From Myxococcota bacterium (GTDB lineage Bacteria > Myxococcota_A > UBA796 > SXON01), in NCBI GenBank assembly GCA_040386535.1, contig JAZKFH010000019.1, positions 96,001-160,000 of the forward strand: 64,000 bases of DNA. The letters run 5' to 3'. Positions 30,987-39,319 of the stretch are shown one piece after another. Every line of letters begins with the position of its first letter. Within the stretch, counting starts at the first letter, position 1. Made by a program: the position numbers and the translations under genes. The notes below the pieces were generated by a model that ran no database searches, was not told where the DNA came from, and saw only the letters and a list, made by a program, of their open reading frames with translations.

Positions 30987-32147
30987 ATGCGCTCGATGAA
31001 AGAGGACCCCCCGCACGCGCCTCCCGCAAGGCCGCTGCGTATCCTGCAGGTAGCCCGTGTGTTCTGGCCGAACATCGGCGGGATCGAGCGCCACGTGCAG
31101 TGGTTGTCCGAGCAGCTCGTGCGCCGCGGGCACGTGTGTGATGTCGTCACGCTGAACCGCTCGTTCGAGGACGGTTCCTCGTATCCCGCCTATGACGAGC
31201 TCCACGGCGTGAACATCTGGCGGGTCCCCTTCCTGGGGAGCACCCGCTACCCGATCGCGCCGCGGGTGGCGCGGTTCGCGTCTCGCTACGATGTCGTGCA
31301 CGTGCACGCGATCGATTTCCTCGCCGACTGGATGGTGGCGACCAAGCGGTGGCACGGCCGGCCGGTCGTGCTCTCCACACACGGCGGCTTCTTCCACACC
31401 GCGTTCGCGCCCACGCTCAAGAAGGTGTGGTTCCAGACCGCCACGCGCGCCATGCTCGCGGGGGTCGACCGCCTGCTCTACACGTCGGACCAGGACGAGG
31501 AGCTGTTCCGCGCGATCACCAACAAGGGGACCATCCTGCGCAACGCGGTGGACCTCGCCCCCTGGGAGAACCTCGGTGGCTCCCCCCAGCCGGGGACCGC
31601 GGTCACCATCGGGCGGGTCGACACCCACAAGGGCTTGTCGAACCTGGTCAAAGCCCTCGCCGTGGTCCGCGATCGGGATCCGCGGCCGTTCCGGGTCGAG
31701 GTGCTCGGGCCCGAGGTCGTCCCCGGGCTCGTGGCGGGGTTGGAGCGCGAGCGGGACGCGCTGGGCCTGCAGGACCGGCTCGTGTTCCGCGGCAAGGTGT
31801 CGCAGGAGGAGCTCGTGGCCGCGGTCGACCGCGCGGATCTCGGGCTGTTCCCCTCGGAGTACGAGTCGTTCGGCATCTCCGTGGTCGAGGCCATGGGCGC
31901 GGGCCTCGTGCCGGTGCTCAACGAGATCCGCGCGTTCCGCTTCTTCATCGAAGAGGGCCGCAACGGGTTCATCACGCCCTTCGCCGATCCGTCGGCCGCG
32001 GCGGCGACGATCCTGCGCGCGCGGGACCTGGGTGCCCGCCGCCCGGAGGTGAGCGCGGCCGCGCGCACGAAGGCGCAGACCTACGCCTGGGAGCATGTCG
32101 TCGGCGATGTCGAAGCGGTGTACCGGAGCGTGGTCGCCGCGCCCTGA
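30987..32147 (+). CDS. GT4 family glycosyltransferase (GumH-like)
   Basis: GGIERHV, HVHAIDF, STHGGFFHT, IGRVDTHKG, PSEYESFGISVVEAMGAG. Confidence 0.92.
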   Translation: MRSMKEDPPHAPPARPLRILQVARVFWPNIGGIERHVQWLSEQLVRRGHVCDVVTLNRSFEDGSSYPAYDELHGVNIWRVPFLGSTRYPIAPRVARFASRYDVVHVHAIDFLADWMVATKRWHGRPVVLSTHGGFFHTAFAPTLKKVWFQTATRAMLAGVDRLLYTSDQDEELFRAITNKGTILRNAVDLAPWENLGGSPQPGTAVTIGRVDTHKGLSNLVKALAVVRDRDPRPFRVEVLGPEVVPGLVAGLERERDALGLQDRLVFRGKVSQEELVAAVDRADLGLFPSEYESFGISVVEAMGAGLVPVLNEIRAFRFFIEEGRNGFITPFADPSAAAATILRARDLGARRPEVSAAARTKAQTYAWEHVVGDVEAVYRSVVAAP

Positions 32148-32215
32148 CCGCGCGCTGACCGAAGATTGCACCGCGCCTGCACGGCACCTGCACACGCGGG
32201 CTTTAGGACGGGGCG

Positions 32216-32692
32216 ATGCTGTTGCTCGTCCCGCTCGCGCTCGGCTCGGCCTGGTCAACCGATCTCCAGGATCTCGACCCCGCCTTCCGCGTCGTGATCG
32301 ACCGCGTGATGACCACGCTGCGGTCGCGCGGCTTCACGCCGCACGTCGGCACGTCCTGGCGCAGCCCCGAGCTTCAGGATCTGATCTTCGCCGTCGGAAA
32401 GAGCACGCAGGCCGCGGGTGGCGAGAGCTGCCACAACCACGTGGATGCCGCCGGCAAGCCCGCCGCGCGCGCGGTCGACCTGTGGAACGCGCCGGTCGAC
32501 CTGCGGTTGTTCACGGGGGCCACCTCCCGGCTCGAAGCGGAGGCGCCCTTCCTGCGGGCGCTCGGCGAGGTCGCGCGGGCCGAGGGCCTGCGCTGGGGCG
32601 GCGACTGGCACGGGCAGCCCTCGGCGTGGGACCCGTACGGGCTCGGCTGGGACCCGGCGCACGTGGAGGTGCGGGGGTGCGCGGGCCGGTGA
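32216..32692 (+). CDS. M15-family metallopeptidase (peptidoglycan endo/carboxypeptidase-like)
   Basis: SWRSPELQ, SCHN, ARAVDL, LRWGGDW, DPAHVE Zn-ligand pattern. Confidence 0.85.
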   Translation: MLLLVPLALGSAWSTDLQDLDPAFRVVIDRVMTTLRSRGFTPHVGTSWRSPELQDLIFAVGKSTQAAGGESCHNHVDAAGKPAARAVDLWNAPVDLRLFTGATSRLEAEAPFLRALGEVARAEGLRWGGDWHGQPSAWDPYGLGWDPAHVEVRGCAGR

Positions 32693-32721
32693 TCGGAGGC
32701 GCGTTTGTGCCGCCGGGGCAG

Positions 32722-32901
32722 GGGGTCTGACCTTACGACTTATCGCCTGCGACAGGCCAACCTGGGCAATTCAAGGGTGGGGTCTGACCTTACGACTTGT
32801 CACCTAGGCCAGGTTCCAAGTGACAAGTGATAAGGTCAGACCCCGCCGGGCGAAACCCGGCGTTCGCTCGTTCCAAGTGATAAGTCGTAAGGTCAGACCC
32901 C
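32722..32901. repeat. Intergenic REP-like cluster: four ~25-bp units, two direct and two inverted, 57-bp period
   Basis: GGGGTCTGACCTTACGACTT[A/G]TC at 32722 and 32779; reverse-complement copies ending at 32844 and 32901. Confidence 0.85.
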
Positions 32902-32971
32902 TCCGTGGAGCCGCGCGGGGGGTGATCGGAGGGGTGTGTGTGCCGCCCTCGCCTCCGGGGTAGGAGGCCGC

Positions 32972-33628
32972 ATGCTGCTCGCCCTCGTCCTCCCCGTCGT
33001 CGCCGCGGGCATCCCGGCGTCGCTGACCACCTACGATCAGGCGGTGACCAGCGTCACGGCCGCGATGACGGCCGCGCTCCCGCGGCTCGCCACGTGCAAG
33101 GCCGTGCCCGGCGACAAGCTCGTCTTCAAGGTGGATTTGAAGGGCGTGCCTGCCGTCACCACCGTCGCGCTCACCGGCACCGCCTCCGCGACCGTGCCCG
33201 CGCCGTGCCACGAGAAGGTGGTGGCGGAGGTGTTCACGCGCGCGCGGCCCAAGGTCGGCCTCGAGGCCGCCGTGGTGGTCGACGTGTTCGGCGGCGCGCC
33301 GCGGCTCGACGGCGACGTCGCGTTGTTCGGCGCGCTCGACAAGGAGAGCATCGAGGCGGGCGTGCGCCCCCGAATGGACCGCGTGGCCCAGTGCTACGTC
33401 AACGCGCTGAAGGACGCGCCCGGGATCGCGGGCGATGTCATCGTGAGCCTCACCGTGCTCCCTACCGGTCAGGTCCTCGCCGCCGACCTGAAGCGCACGA
33501 CGTTGTGGAGCCCGCCGACCGAGGCGTGCGTGCTCAAGGAGATGATGGGCGCGGTGTTTGCCGAGCCGGACGGCGGCGCGCTCGTGCGGGTGAGCTACCC
33601 GTTCACGTTCAAGCCGCCGGCCCCGTAG
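32972..33628 (+). CDS. AgmX/PglI C-terminal (TonB-C-like) domain protein
   Basis: AGGAGG RBS; GALDKESIEAGV...VAQCY...GDVIVSLTVLPTGQV...CVL...VSYPFTF. Confidence 0.75.
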   Translation: MLLALVLPVVAAGIPASLTTYDQAVTSVTAAMTAALPRLATCKAVPGDKLVFKVDLKGVPAVTTVALTGTASATVPAPCHEKVVAEVFTRARPKVGLEAAVVVDVFGGAPRLDGDVALFGALDKESIEAGVRPRMDRVAQCYVNALKDAPGIAGDVIVSLTVLPTGQVLAADLKRTTLWSPPTEACVLKEMMGAVFAEPDGGALVRVSYPFTFKPPAP

Positions 33629-33633
33629 CTTCG

Positions 33634-34122
33634 CTACTTCTGGTGTCCCGGGGCGTCGGTCCAGTGGCGGTCGGGACGCTCGGCCGTGTGCCAGGCCTCG
33701 AACGGGCCATCGTCGGGGTAGCAGGCGCGGTCGCCCTCCCGCCGCTCGCCGATGACGAGCATCGTGACTTCGTCGGGCCCGTGGTTCACGAGGCAGTGCG
33801 CGATGCCGGTGCCGGCGGGGAACGACACGAAGTCGCCCGGTCCGAGGGCGTGCTCCTCGGCGGCCGCGCCGGGGGGGATCACGCGGAGGTGTGGGCTCCC
33901 GGCGAGCACGTAGACGGCCTCCTCCTCGTCGGAATGCGCGTGGGTGAAGCTCGATCGGCGGCCCGGCAGGAGCCGCTCGTGCCACACCCCGAGGCGCACC
34001 GAGCCCGCGGCGGTGCCGAGATCCCGGCCGATCGACAGCTTCTCGGCTTCGAAGGGCGGAGGGTAGGCGGCCTCGATGGCGGGCACGCTCGCCGTGTGGA
34101 CCACGTACGCTGGGCGTGTCAC
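33634..34122 (-). CDS. Cupin domain protein
   Basis: LLPGRRSSFTHAHSDEEEAVYVLAG, FPAGTGIAHCLVN, YPDD; GTG overlaps upstream TGA. Confidence 0.88.
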   Translation of the reverse strand: MTRPAYVVHTASVPAIEAAYPPPFEAEKLSIGRDLGTAAGSVRLGVWHERLLPGRRSSFTHAHSDEEEAVYVLAGSPHLRVIPPGAAAEEHALGPGDFVSFPAGTGIAHCLVNHGPDEVTMLVIGERREGDRACYPDDGPFEAWHTAERPDRHWTDAPGHQK

Positions 34123-34826
34123 GCCTGCGTCGCCTTGGCGACGAACCGCTTGAGCCATCGCAACCCGCGTGTCTCCTCGCTCGCGACGGTGTCCGCGTCC
34201 AGCCCGAGCGCCCTCGCGGTCGCGTCGGCGGAGCAGGGCTTGCCCCCGAACAGGCCGTGGCGCGAGGCGAGCACCGCGCGCTCGGTGGGCTCGAGTTGGA
34301 AGAAGGCCTCCTCGAGTTGATCCCAGGTGACGCCGGTGTCGGGCCCGAACAGGGCGCCGAGGACCGCGGGGCGCGCCGGCTCGGGCACGGCCAGCCCGGC
34401 GTCCATGCCGCCCGGACCGAACGTGAGCTTGGAGTCCGGCTCGTCGAGCGACTCTCCCTCGTTGGCGGTGAAGTAGTCGACCGGGAGGGTGTTCGACCGG
34501 GCCTCTTCGAGCGCCTCGGCGATGTTGGCGGCGACGACACACGCGGCGTCGCGCACGGCCTCGACCTCGTCCTCCCAGATCAGGTCGTGCGAGAGGACCA
34601 CGATCTGTTCGCCCTCGTTCACGTCGACCGCCCAGGCGTCCCCGTTCGCGGCCATCCCGATGATCCATAGGCCTTGCGACGCGGGATCGTGCCACTCCTC
34701 GCTCCGGCTCTCGGCCACCATGTCCCCGAGGGTCGGCAAGAACTCGATCGGCCCGACGACGGCGCCGAGGTTGTTCTTGAGATGGGCGAGGACCGCGGGG
34801 GAGAACGGGGGCGACGACTCGGGCAC
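34119..34826 (-). CDS. SMI1/KNR4 (SUKH)-like domain fused to sigma-70 region 4-like HTH
   Basis: LWIIGMAANGDAWAVD...IVVLSHD; C-terminal LEPTERAVLASRHGL...TARALGLDADTVASEETRGLRWLK. Confidence 0.55.
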   Translation of the reverse strand: MPESSPPFSPAVLAHLKNNLGAVVGPIEFLPTLGDMVAESRSEEWHDPASQGLWIIGMAANGDAWAVDVNEGEQIVVLSHDLIWEDEVEAVRDAACVVAANIAEALEEARSNTLPVDYFTANEGESLDEPDSKLTFGPGGMDAGLAVPEPARPAVLGALFGPDTGVTWDQLEEAFFQLEPTERAVLASRHGLFGGKPCSADATARALGLDADTVASEETRGLRWLKRFVAKATQA

Positions 34827-34951
34827 GGGACGGCTCCGGGGATGGGGGCGGGGATTTAGCACGCTGGGAGGGCCGGACCCACGGGGTTTCCCGCGCGTGT
34901 CGGCAGTCACGGCCGTGTCGGCGTTAGGAGGCCGTCTCTCCGGGAAGCCCA

Positions 34952-35695
34952 ATGTCCGTCGCCATCATCACCGGCGCCTCCACCGGCATCGGCGCCTCGC
35001 TCGCGCGGGAGCTGGGCCGTCGTAAGTGGAAGGTGGGCGTGATCGCCCGCCGCTCCGATCTGCTCGACGCGATCGTGGCCGAGGTGCGTGCCGCCGGGGG
35101 CGAGGCCGCCGCCGCCACGGCCGACGTGACGGATCGCGCCGCCCTCGAGTCCGCCGTGCTCGCGCTGGAGGCCGTGCTCGGCCCGTGTGATCTGATGGTC
35201 GCCAACGCGGGCAGCGGCCAGCCCGCGCCGATGCACAAGGTGCCGGTCGACACGATCCTGGCCACCATGCGTCTGAACTTCGACGGCGCCCTCTTCAGCG
35301 CCGCGGCCGTGCTCCCCGGCATGCTCGAGCGCAAGCGCGGTCAGCTCGCGGTGGTGTCGAGCGTCGCCGCCAACCGGGGCCTGCCCGGCAACGGCGGCTA
35401 CAGCGCGAGCAAGGCCGCGATCAGCACGCTCTGGGAGGCCATGCGTGTCGATCTGCACGGCCACGGCGTGCGGTGCACGACCATCCACCCCGGCTTCGTC
35501 GCGACGCCGCTCACCGCGAAGAACCGCTTCAAGATGCCCTTCCTCCTCACCGCCGACCAGGCGGCGAGCATCGTGGCTGACGGGCTCGAAGCCGGCCGCA
35601 AGGACATCACGTTCCCGTGGCAGATGCGCTGGATCACGACGTTGATGCGGTGGCTCCCGATCTGGGCGTGGGATCGGATGGCGCCGAAGCGGTAA
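34952..35695 (+). CDS. Short-chain dehydrogenase/reductase
   Basis: ITGASTGIG, ANAG, YSASK, PGFVATP. Confidence 0.95.
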   Translation: MSVAIITGASTGIGASLARELGRRKWKVGVIARRSDLLDAIVAEVRAAGGEAAAATADVTDRAALESAVLALEAVLGPCDLMVANAGSGQPAPMHKVPVDTILATMRLNFDGALFSAAAVLPGMLERKRGQLAVVSSVAANRGLPGNGGYSASKAAISTLWEAMRVDLHGHGVRCTTIHPGFVATPLTAKNRFKMPFLLTADQAASIVADGLEAGRKDITFPWQMRWITTLMRWLPIWAWDRMAPKR

Positions 35696-35723
35696 GTGGT
35701 CGGGGAGCCCTCCTGAGGTTTCC

Positions 35724-37028
35724 GTGAACCCACCGATCGACCTGCGCCACCACGCCCACCGCCCCATCCTGTTCGACGCCGCGGAGGCGCACCGGGAGGC
35801 GATCCGCTACGAGCCCGACGGCACCGTGATCCTGCGCTCCCCCGAGGTGACGCGGCGCACGGGCAAGGACCAGATCGTCGTACCCCCGGAGCGGCAGTAC
35901 CCCGCGGTCCGCGCCACCTTCGACGACCTGAACAAGGCGATCTCCTCCCGCGCCAACTCGCCGCGGATGGAGGACGGGCGGACGTTGCGCCAGGTCTACG
36001 ACGCCGAGCTGGAGCACTACGAGGCGCTCACCGCCGTCGCGATGGCGGAGGGGCGCGCGGAGCCGGACTACGGCACCTACGTGTTCGACCCCGTGCGCTC
36101 CGAGCTGTTCCTGGTGGCGCCGGAGCGCTGGCACCGCCTCGCGCTGGTGACGAGCAACTCCAAGTTGATGAGCGAGCCGGAGGGGGTGCTCTCCTGGTCC
36201 GAGGTCCGTGGGCGCCTGGAGTCCGCGGTGATGGGGTTCGCCGGCGTGAGCGTGGGCGGCAACCTGCTCGAGGGCTGGCTGCGGGAGGCGCGGCCCAAGC
36301 GGGTGAAGGTGGCGGACCCCGACTGGGTCGAGCTCACCAACCTCAACCGCGGGGAGCGTATGTCCCTGCGTCACGTCGTCGGGAGCCGCGCGAGTCGCTT
36401 CGATCCGACCAACCCGTTCGACGTGCCCCGCGTGCCGAAGGCCGAGTACATCGCGTACGAGTGCCAGCTGGTCGACCCCTACCTCGAGGTCGACGTGTAC
36501 GGGGAGGGGATCACCCGCGAGAACATCGAGCGGTTCCTCCTCGGCGGTGACGGCGAGCCGCGCCTCGACGTGCTCGTCGAGGAGATGGACAACCTCGACC
36601 TGAAGGTGCTGGTGCGCCAGGTCGCGCGCGAGCACGGGATCGACGTGCTGATGCTCTCCGACTTCGGCCACCAGGCGCACGTGTTCTGGAACCCGTTCCG
36701 CGACGCTCCCAGCGGCCCGCTCGGGTACGGCGCGGACGACGAGACGCTCCTCGCCGCGCTCGCGGGCTCGAAGACCGGCGACCGCGCCAAGGTGTTCGAG
36801 TTCGTCGGCGCGCTCTGCGGCGAGGACTACGCCGACGCGCAGTTCGCGGACTGGATCGCGGGTCGGGGCGAGCAGCCGACGAGCAGCATGCCCCAGTCGG
36901 GGGCCACGGCGATGGCGTCGGGCGCGATCGGGGGCAAGGAGCTGGCGCTCCGCGTGCTCGGCCATCCGCTGCCCGCCGGCAATCGCGCCGTCTACGATCT
37001 GCTGCGGCGACGGGTCACGCTCGGATGA
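35724..37028 (+). CDS. ThiF/MoeB-like adenylyltransferase (Rv1355c-like N-terminal half)
   Basis: GFAGVSVGG, ADPDWVELTNLNR, VPKAE...VDPYLEV, DVLVEEMDNLDLK, SSMPQ. Confidence 0.8.
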   Translation: MNPPIDLRHHAHRPILFDAAEAHREAIRYEPDGTVILRSPEVTRRTGKDQIVVPPERQYPAVRATFDDLNKAISSRANSPRMEDGRTLRQVYDAELEHYEALTAVAMAEGRAEPDYGTYVFDPVRSELFLVAPERWHRLALVTSNSKLMSEPEGVLSWSEVRGRLESAVMGFAGVSVGGNLLEGWLREARPKRVKVADPDWVELTNLNRGERMSLRHVVGSRASRFDPTNPFDVPRVPKAEYIAYECQLVDPYLEVDVYGEGITRENIERFLLGGDGEPRLDVLVEEMDNLDLKVLVRQVAREHGIDVLMLSDFGHQAHVFWNPFRDAPSGPLGYGADDETLLAALAGSKTGDRAKVFEFVGALCGEDYADAQFADWIAGRGEQPTSSMPQSGATAMASGAIGGKELALRVLGHPLPAGNRAVYDLLRRRVTLG

Positions 37029-38239
37029 GCGACGCGACGCGGATCGACACTTCGGTGCCCGGCGACGTACCCGAGGGCCCCCTGTTCGACGCCTGGCGCG
37101 TCGCGCCCCTCGATCTCGAGGGCTTCCGCGCGCTCGGCGCGGGCGATCGTCCCAGCCGGGACCAGCTCGCGCGGCTCGCCGGCTTCGCGCTCCTCGCCCC
37201 CACCACCCACAACACCGTGCCGCAGCGGTTCGAGCTCGACGAAGCCGACGGCGCGCTCCGGGTGTGGGTGGCCCGCGAGGCCGTGCTGCCCGAGTCCGAT
37301 CCGGCGGGTCGGCAGGCGACCGTGAGCATCGGGTGCGTGGTGGAGAACGCCGTCCTGGCCGGGGCCGTGTACGGCTACGACGCCGAGATCGTGCCGCTCT
37401 CCGGCGCGGACGCGGTGCGGCCGCCTCGCGCCGACGAGCCCGACCTCGTCCCCGTGGTCGCGGTGCGCTTCCGTGCCGGCGGTGCGCCCCTCGCGGCCGC
37501 GTGGCTCGACGCGATGCGCGCGCGAAAGATGGTCCGGGCGGAGTACGACGAACGTGTCCGCATCCCGCCCGAGCTCCTCGCCGAGCTGGGCGAGACGGTC
37601 CGCGCGCTCCACCCCGGCCTCACCCTCCACGTCCTCACCGACGCGCCGACCAAGTTGTTCCTCGGCAAGTTCCAGGAGCTCGCCGACACCACAGTCATCA
37701 ACCGCGAGCGCTTCGCCCGCGAGCTCGGCGACTGGCTCCTCCCCAACGACAGCGCCGCGTCCGTCGGCATGCGGGGCCGTGAGTATGGGCTGTCGGACGC
37801 CGCGTCCGAGCGGATGTACCTCGGCCTCCGGGGGGAGGTGCGGCTCTTCCCCGACGAGACCGCCGGCTTCGCGAAGGGCGGCAACCTCGGCATGCGCACC
37901 GCGAGCGCGGTCCTCGTGATCACCGCCGCCGAAGACGACTTCGCCCACCGCCTCGCCGCGGGCCGCGCCTTCCAACGGCTGGCCCTCCGCCTCGTGGACG
38001 CGGGGTTCTGCACCACGATGCACGCGGGGATCACCGAGGTCGAGGCGCCCAACATGGCGCTGCGCGGCCGCCTCCGCACGCGCCAACGCCCGACCGTGGT
38101 GTTCCGCGCCGGGCGCCCGTTGCACCATGAGGAGGGGCAACGCCCGCATGCGTCGCGACCGTCGTTGGAGGCGCTGCTGGTCGATCAGGCAGAGGGAGAG
38201 GCAATCAGGAAAGCAGGAAGAGAGGAGGGCAGGAAGTAG
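37025..38239 (+). CDS. Acg-type FMN-binding nitroreductase-fold protein
   Basis: LAPTTHNTVPQRF, SDPAGRQATVSIGCVVEN, LAAGRAFQRLAL, VFRAG...SRPSLE; ATGA overlap with ThiF gene. Confidence 0.8.
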   Translation: MSDATRIDTSVPGDVPEGPLFDAWRVAPLDLEGFRALGAGDRPSRDQLARLAGFALLAPTTHNTVPQRFELDEADGALRVWVAREAVLPESDPAGRQATVSIGCVVENAVLAGAVYGYDAEIVPLSGADAVRPPRADEPDLVPVVAVRFRAGGAPLAAAWLDAMRARKMVRAEYDERVRIPPELLAELGETVRALHPGLTLHVLTDAPTKLFLGKFQELADTTVINRERFARELGDWLLPNDSAASVGMRGREYGLSDAASERMYLGLRGEVRLFPDETAGFAKGGNLGMRTASAVLVITAAEDDFAHRLAAGRAFQRLALRLVDAGFCTTMHAGITEVEAPNMALRGRLRTRQRPTVVFRAGRPLHHEEGQRPHASRPSLEALLVDQAEGEAIRKAGREEGRK

Positions 38240-38287
38240 GAGAATGAACTGGAAGGAGGAGGGGAGCCGGCGCTTGGCTCCGGCCTT

Positions 38288-39319
38288 CTAGACCTTCACC
38301 GCCACGAACGAACAGCTCCCGCCAAACCCGAGCAGGCTCCCCAGTCGATCGGGCGCCGAGAGCGCCTGCGCCAACGGCACGACCGTGCGGGCGTAGAGCT
38401 TCGTGAACCTGCTGGTGGGGGGAGGGCCGGCCGATTCGGGGGGGCGTTGCGGGGGGGCACCCCCCGCCCCAAGATCCTTCCGCTGATTCTTGACCTTGCC
38501 CAGCCACGGCAGCAGCCGGTGGTCGTGCAGAGGCTGAATCCAGACGTTGAAGGAATGCAGGTCAAGCACCTGGAATCCAACACCTTCCAGGTGCGTGCGC
38601 ATCTGGGCGCGCGTCGGCATGCGCTCGTGGAAGTGCCCGACGCTGGCCTGGCGGGCCGCGTAGTCGGCGGGGTCCCGCGCGCGTTGCCAGCCGTCGAAGC
38701 TGCCGCCGATGTCGCGCACGGGCATGTGCACGACGAGGCGGCCGCCGGGCGCGAGGACGCGGAACGCCTCGGTGAGGGCGCGATCGAGGTGGGTGAGGTG
38801 CTCGAACACGTCGAAGGCGACGAGCGCGGCGAACGCGCCGTCCGCGAAAGGGAGCGACTCCGCGTCCCCCAAAACCCAGAGGGTGTCGCTGCGGCGGGCG
38901 CGCGCTGCGGCGTTCTGGGCCGCGACCCAGACCGGCGAGATGTCGAGGCCGGTGCCGTGGATGCCGCGGGTGCGTTCGAGCCAGGGGAGCAGGCCCGAGC
39001 GATGGCCGCCGATCTCGAGCACCCGGGCGCCACGTTCGAGCGGGAGCGCTTCGAGCAGGCCCTTCTGGTGCACCAGCATCAGGTTGTGGGGATGGTCGAA
39101 GTCGCTCATGGCGCCGAGGCGCTGGTCGTAGATGTCGGCCTGGAGGGACTTGTTCGTGTCGTCGAGCGTGCCACCGCTCCCGGAGTCACGGGGGCGTAGA
39201 TCCCAGCCGCCGAGGGCCTCGGGGTACACGCGGCCGGCGGCACCTGCGAGGCCGCCGTGCACGACGGAGAGGGGACGCTTGTCGACGGGATCGGCGAGGT
39301 ACTTGGGAGGGGCCATCAT
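38288..39319 (-). CDS. Class I SAM-dependent methyltransferase
   Basis: RVLEIGG, GLDIS, GDAESLPFADGAF, FEHL, RVLAPGG; ATGA overlap. Confidence 0.88.
   Translation of the reverse strand: MMAPPKYLADPVDKRPLSVVHGGLAGAAGRVYPEALGGWDLRPRDSGSGGTLDDTNKSLQADIYDQRLGAMSDFDHPHNLMLVHQKGLLEALPLERGARVLEIGGHRSGLLPWLERTRGIHGTGLDISPVWVAAQNAAARARRSDTLWVLGDAESLPFADGAFAALVAFDVFEHLTHLDRALTEAFRVLAPGGRLVVHMPVRDIGGSFDGWQRARDPADYAARQASVGHFHERMPTRAQMRTHLEGVGFQVLDLHSFNVWIQPLHDHRLLPWLGKVKNQRKDLGAGGAPPQRPPESAGPPPTSRFTKLYARTVVPLAQALSAPDRLGSLLGFGGSCSFVAVKV

Noticed and set aside
32722..32901. Mini CRISPR array (25-bp repeats, ~32-bp spacers)
   Set aside because: Two units are inverted relative to the other two, there are only two per orientation, and no cas genes are present; fits REP-like architecture better.
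38205..38290. Purine-rich AGGAAG tract and hairpin as a distinct element
   Set aside because: Short and irregular; explainable as a low-complexity gene end plus a hairpin between convergent genes.
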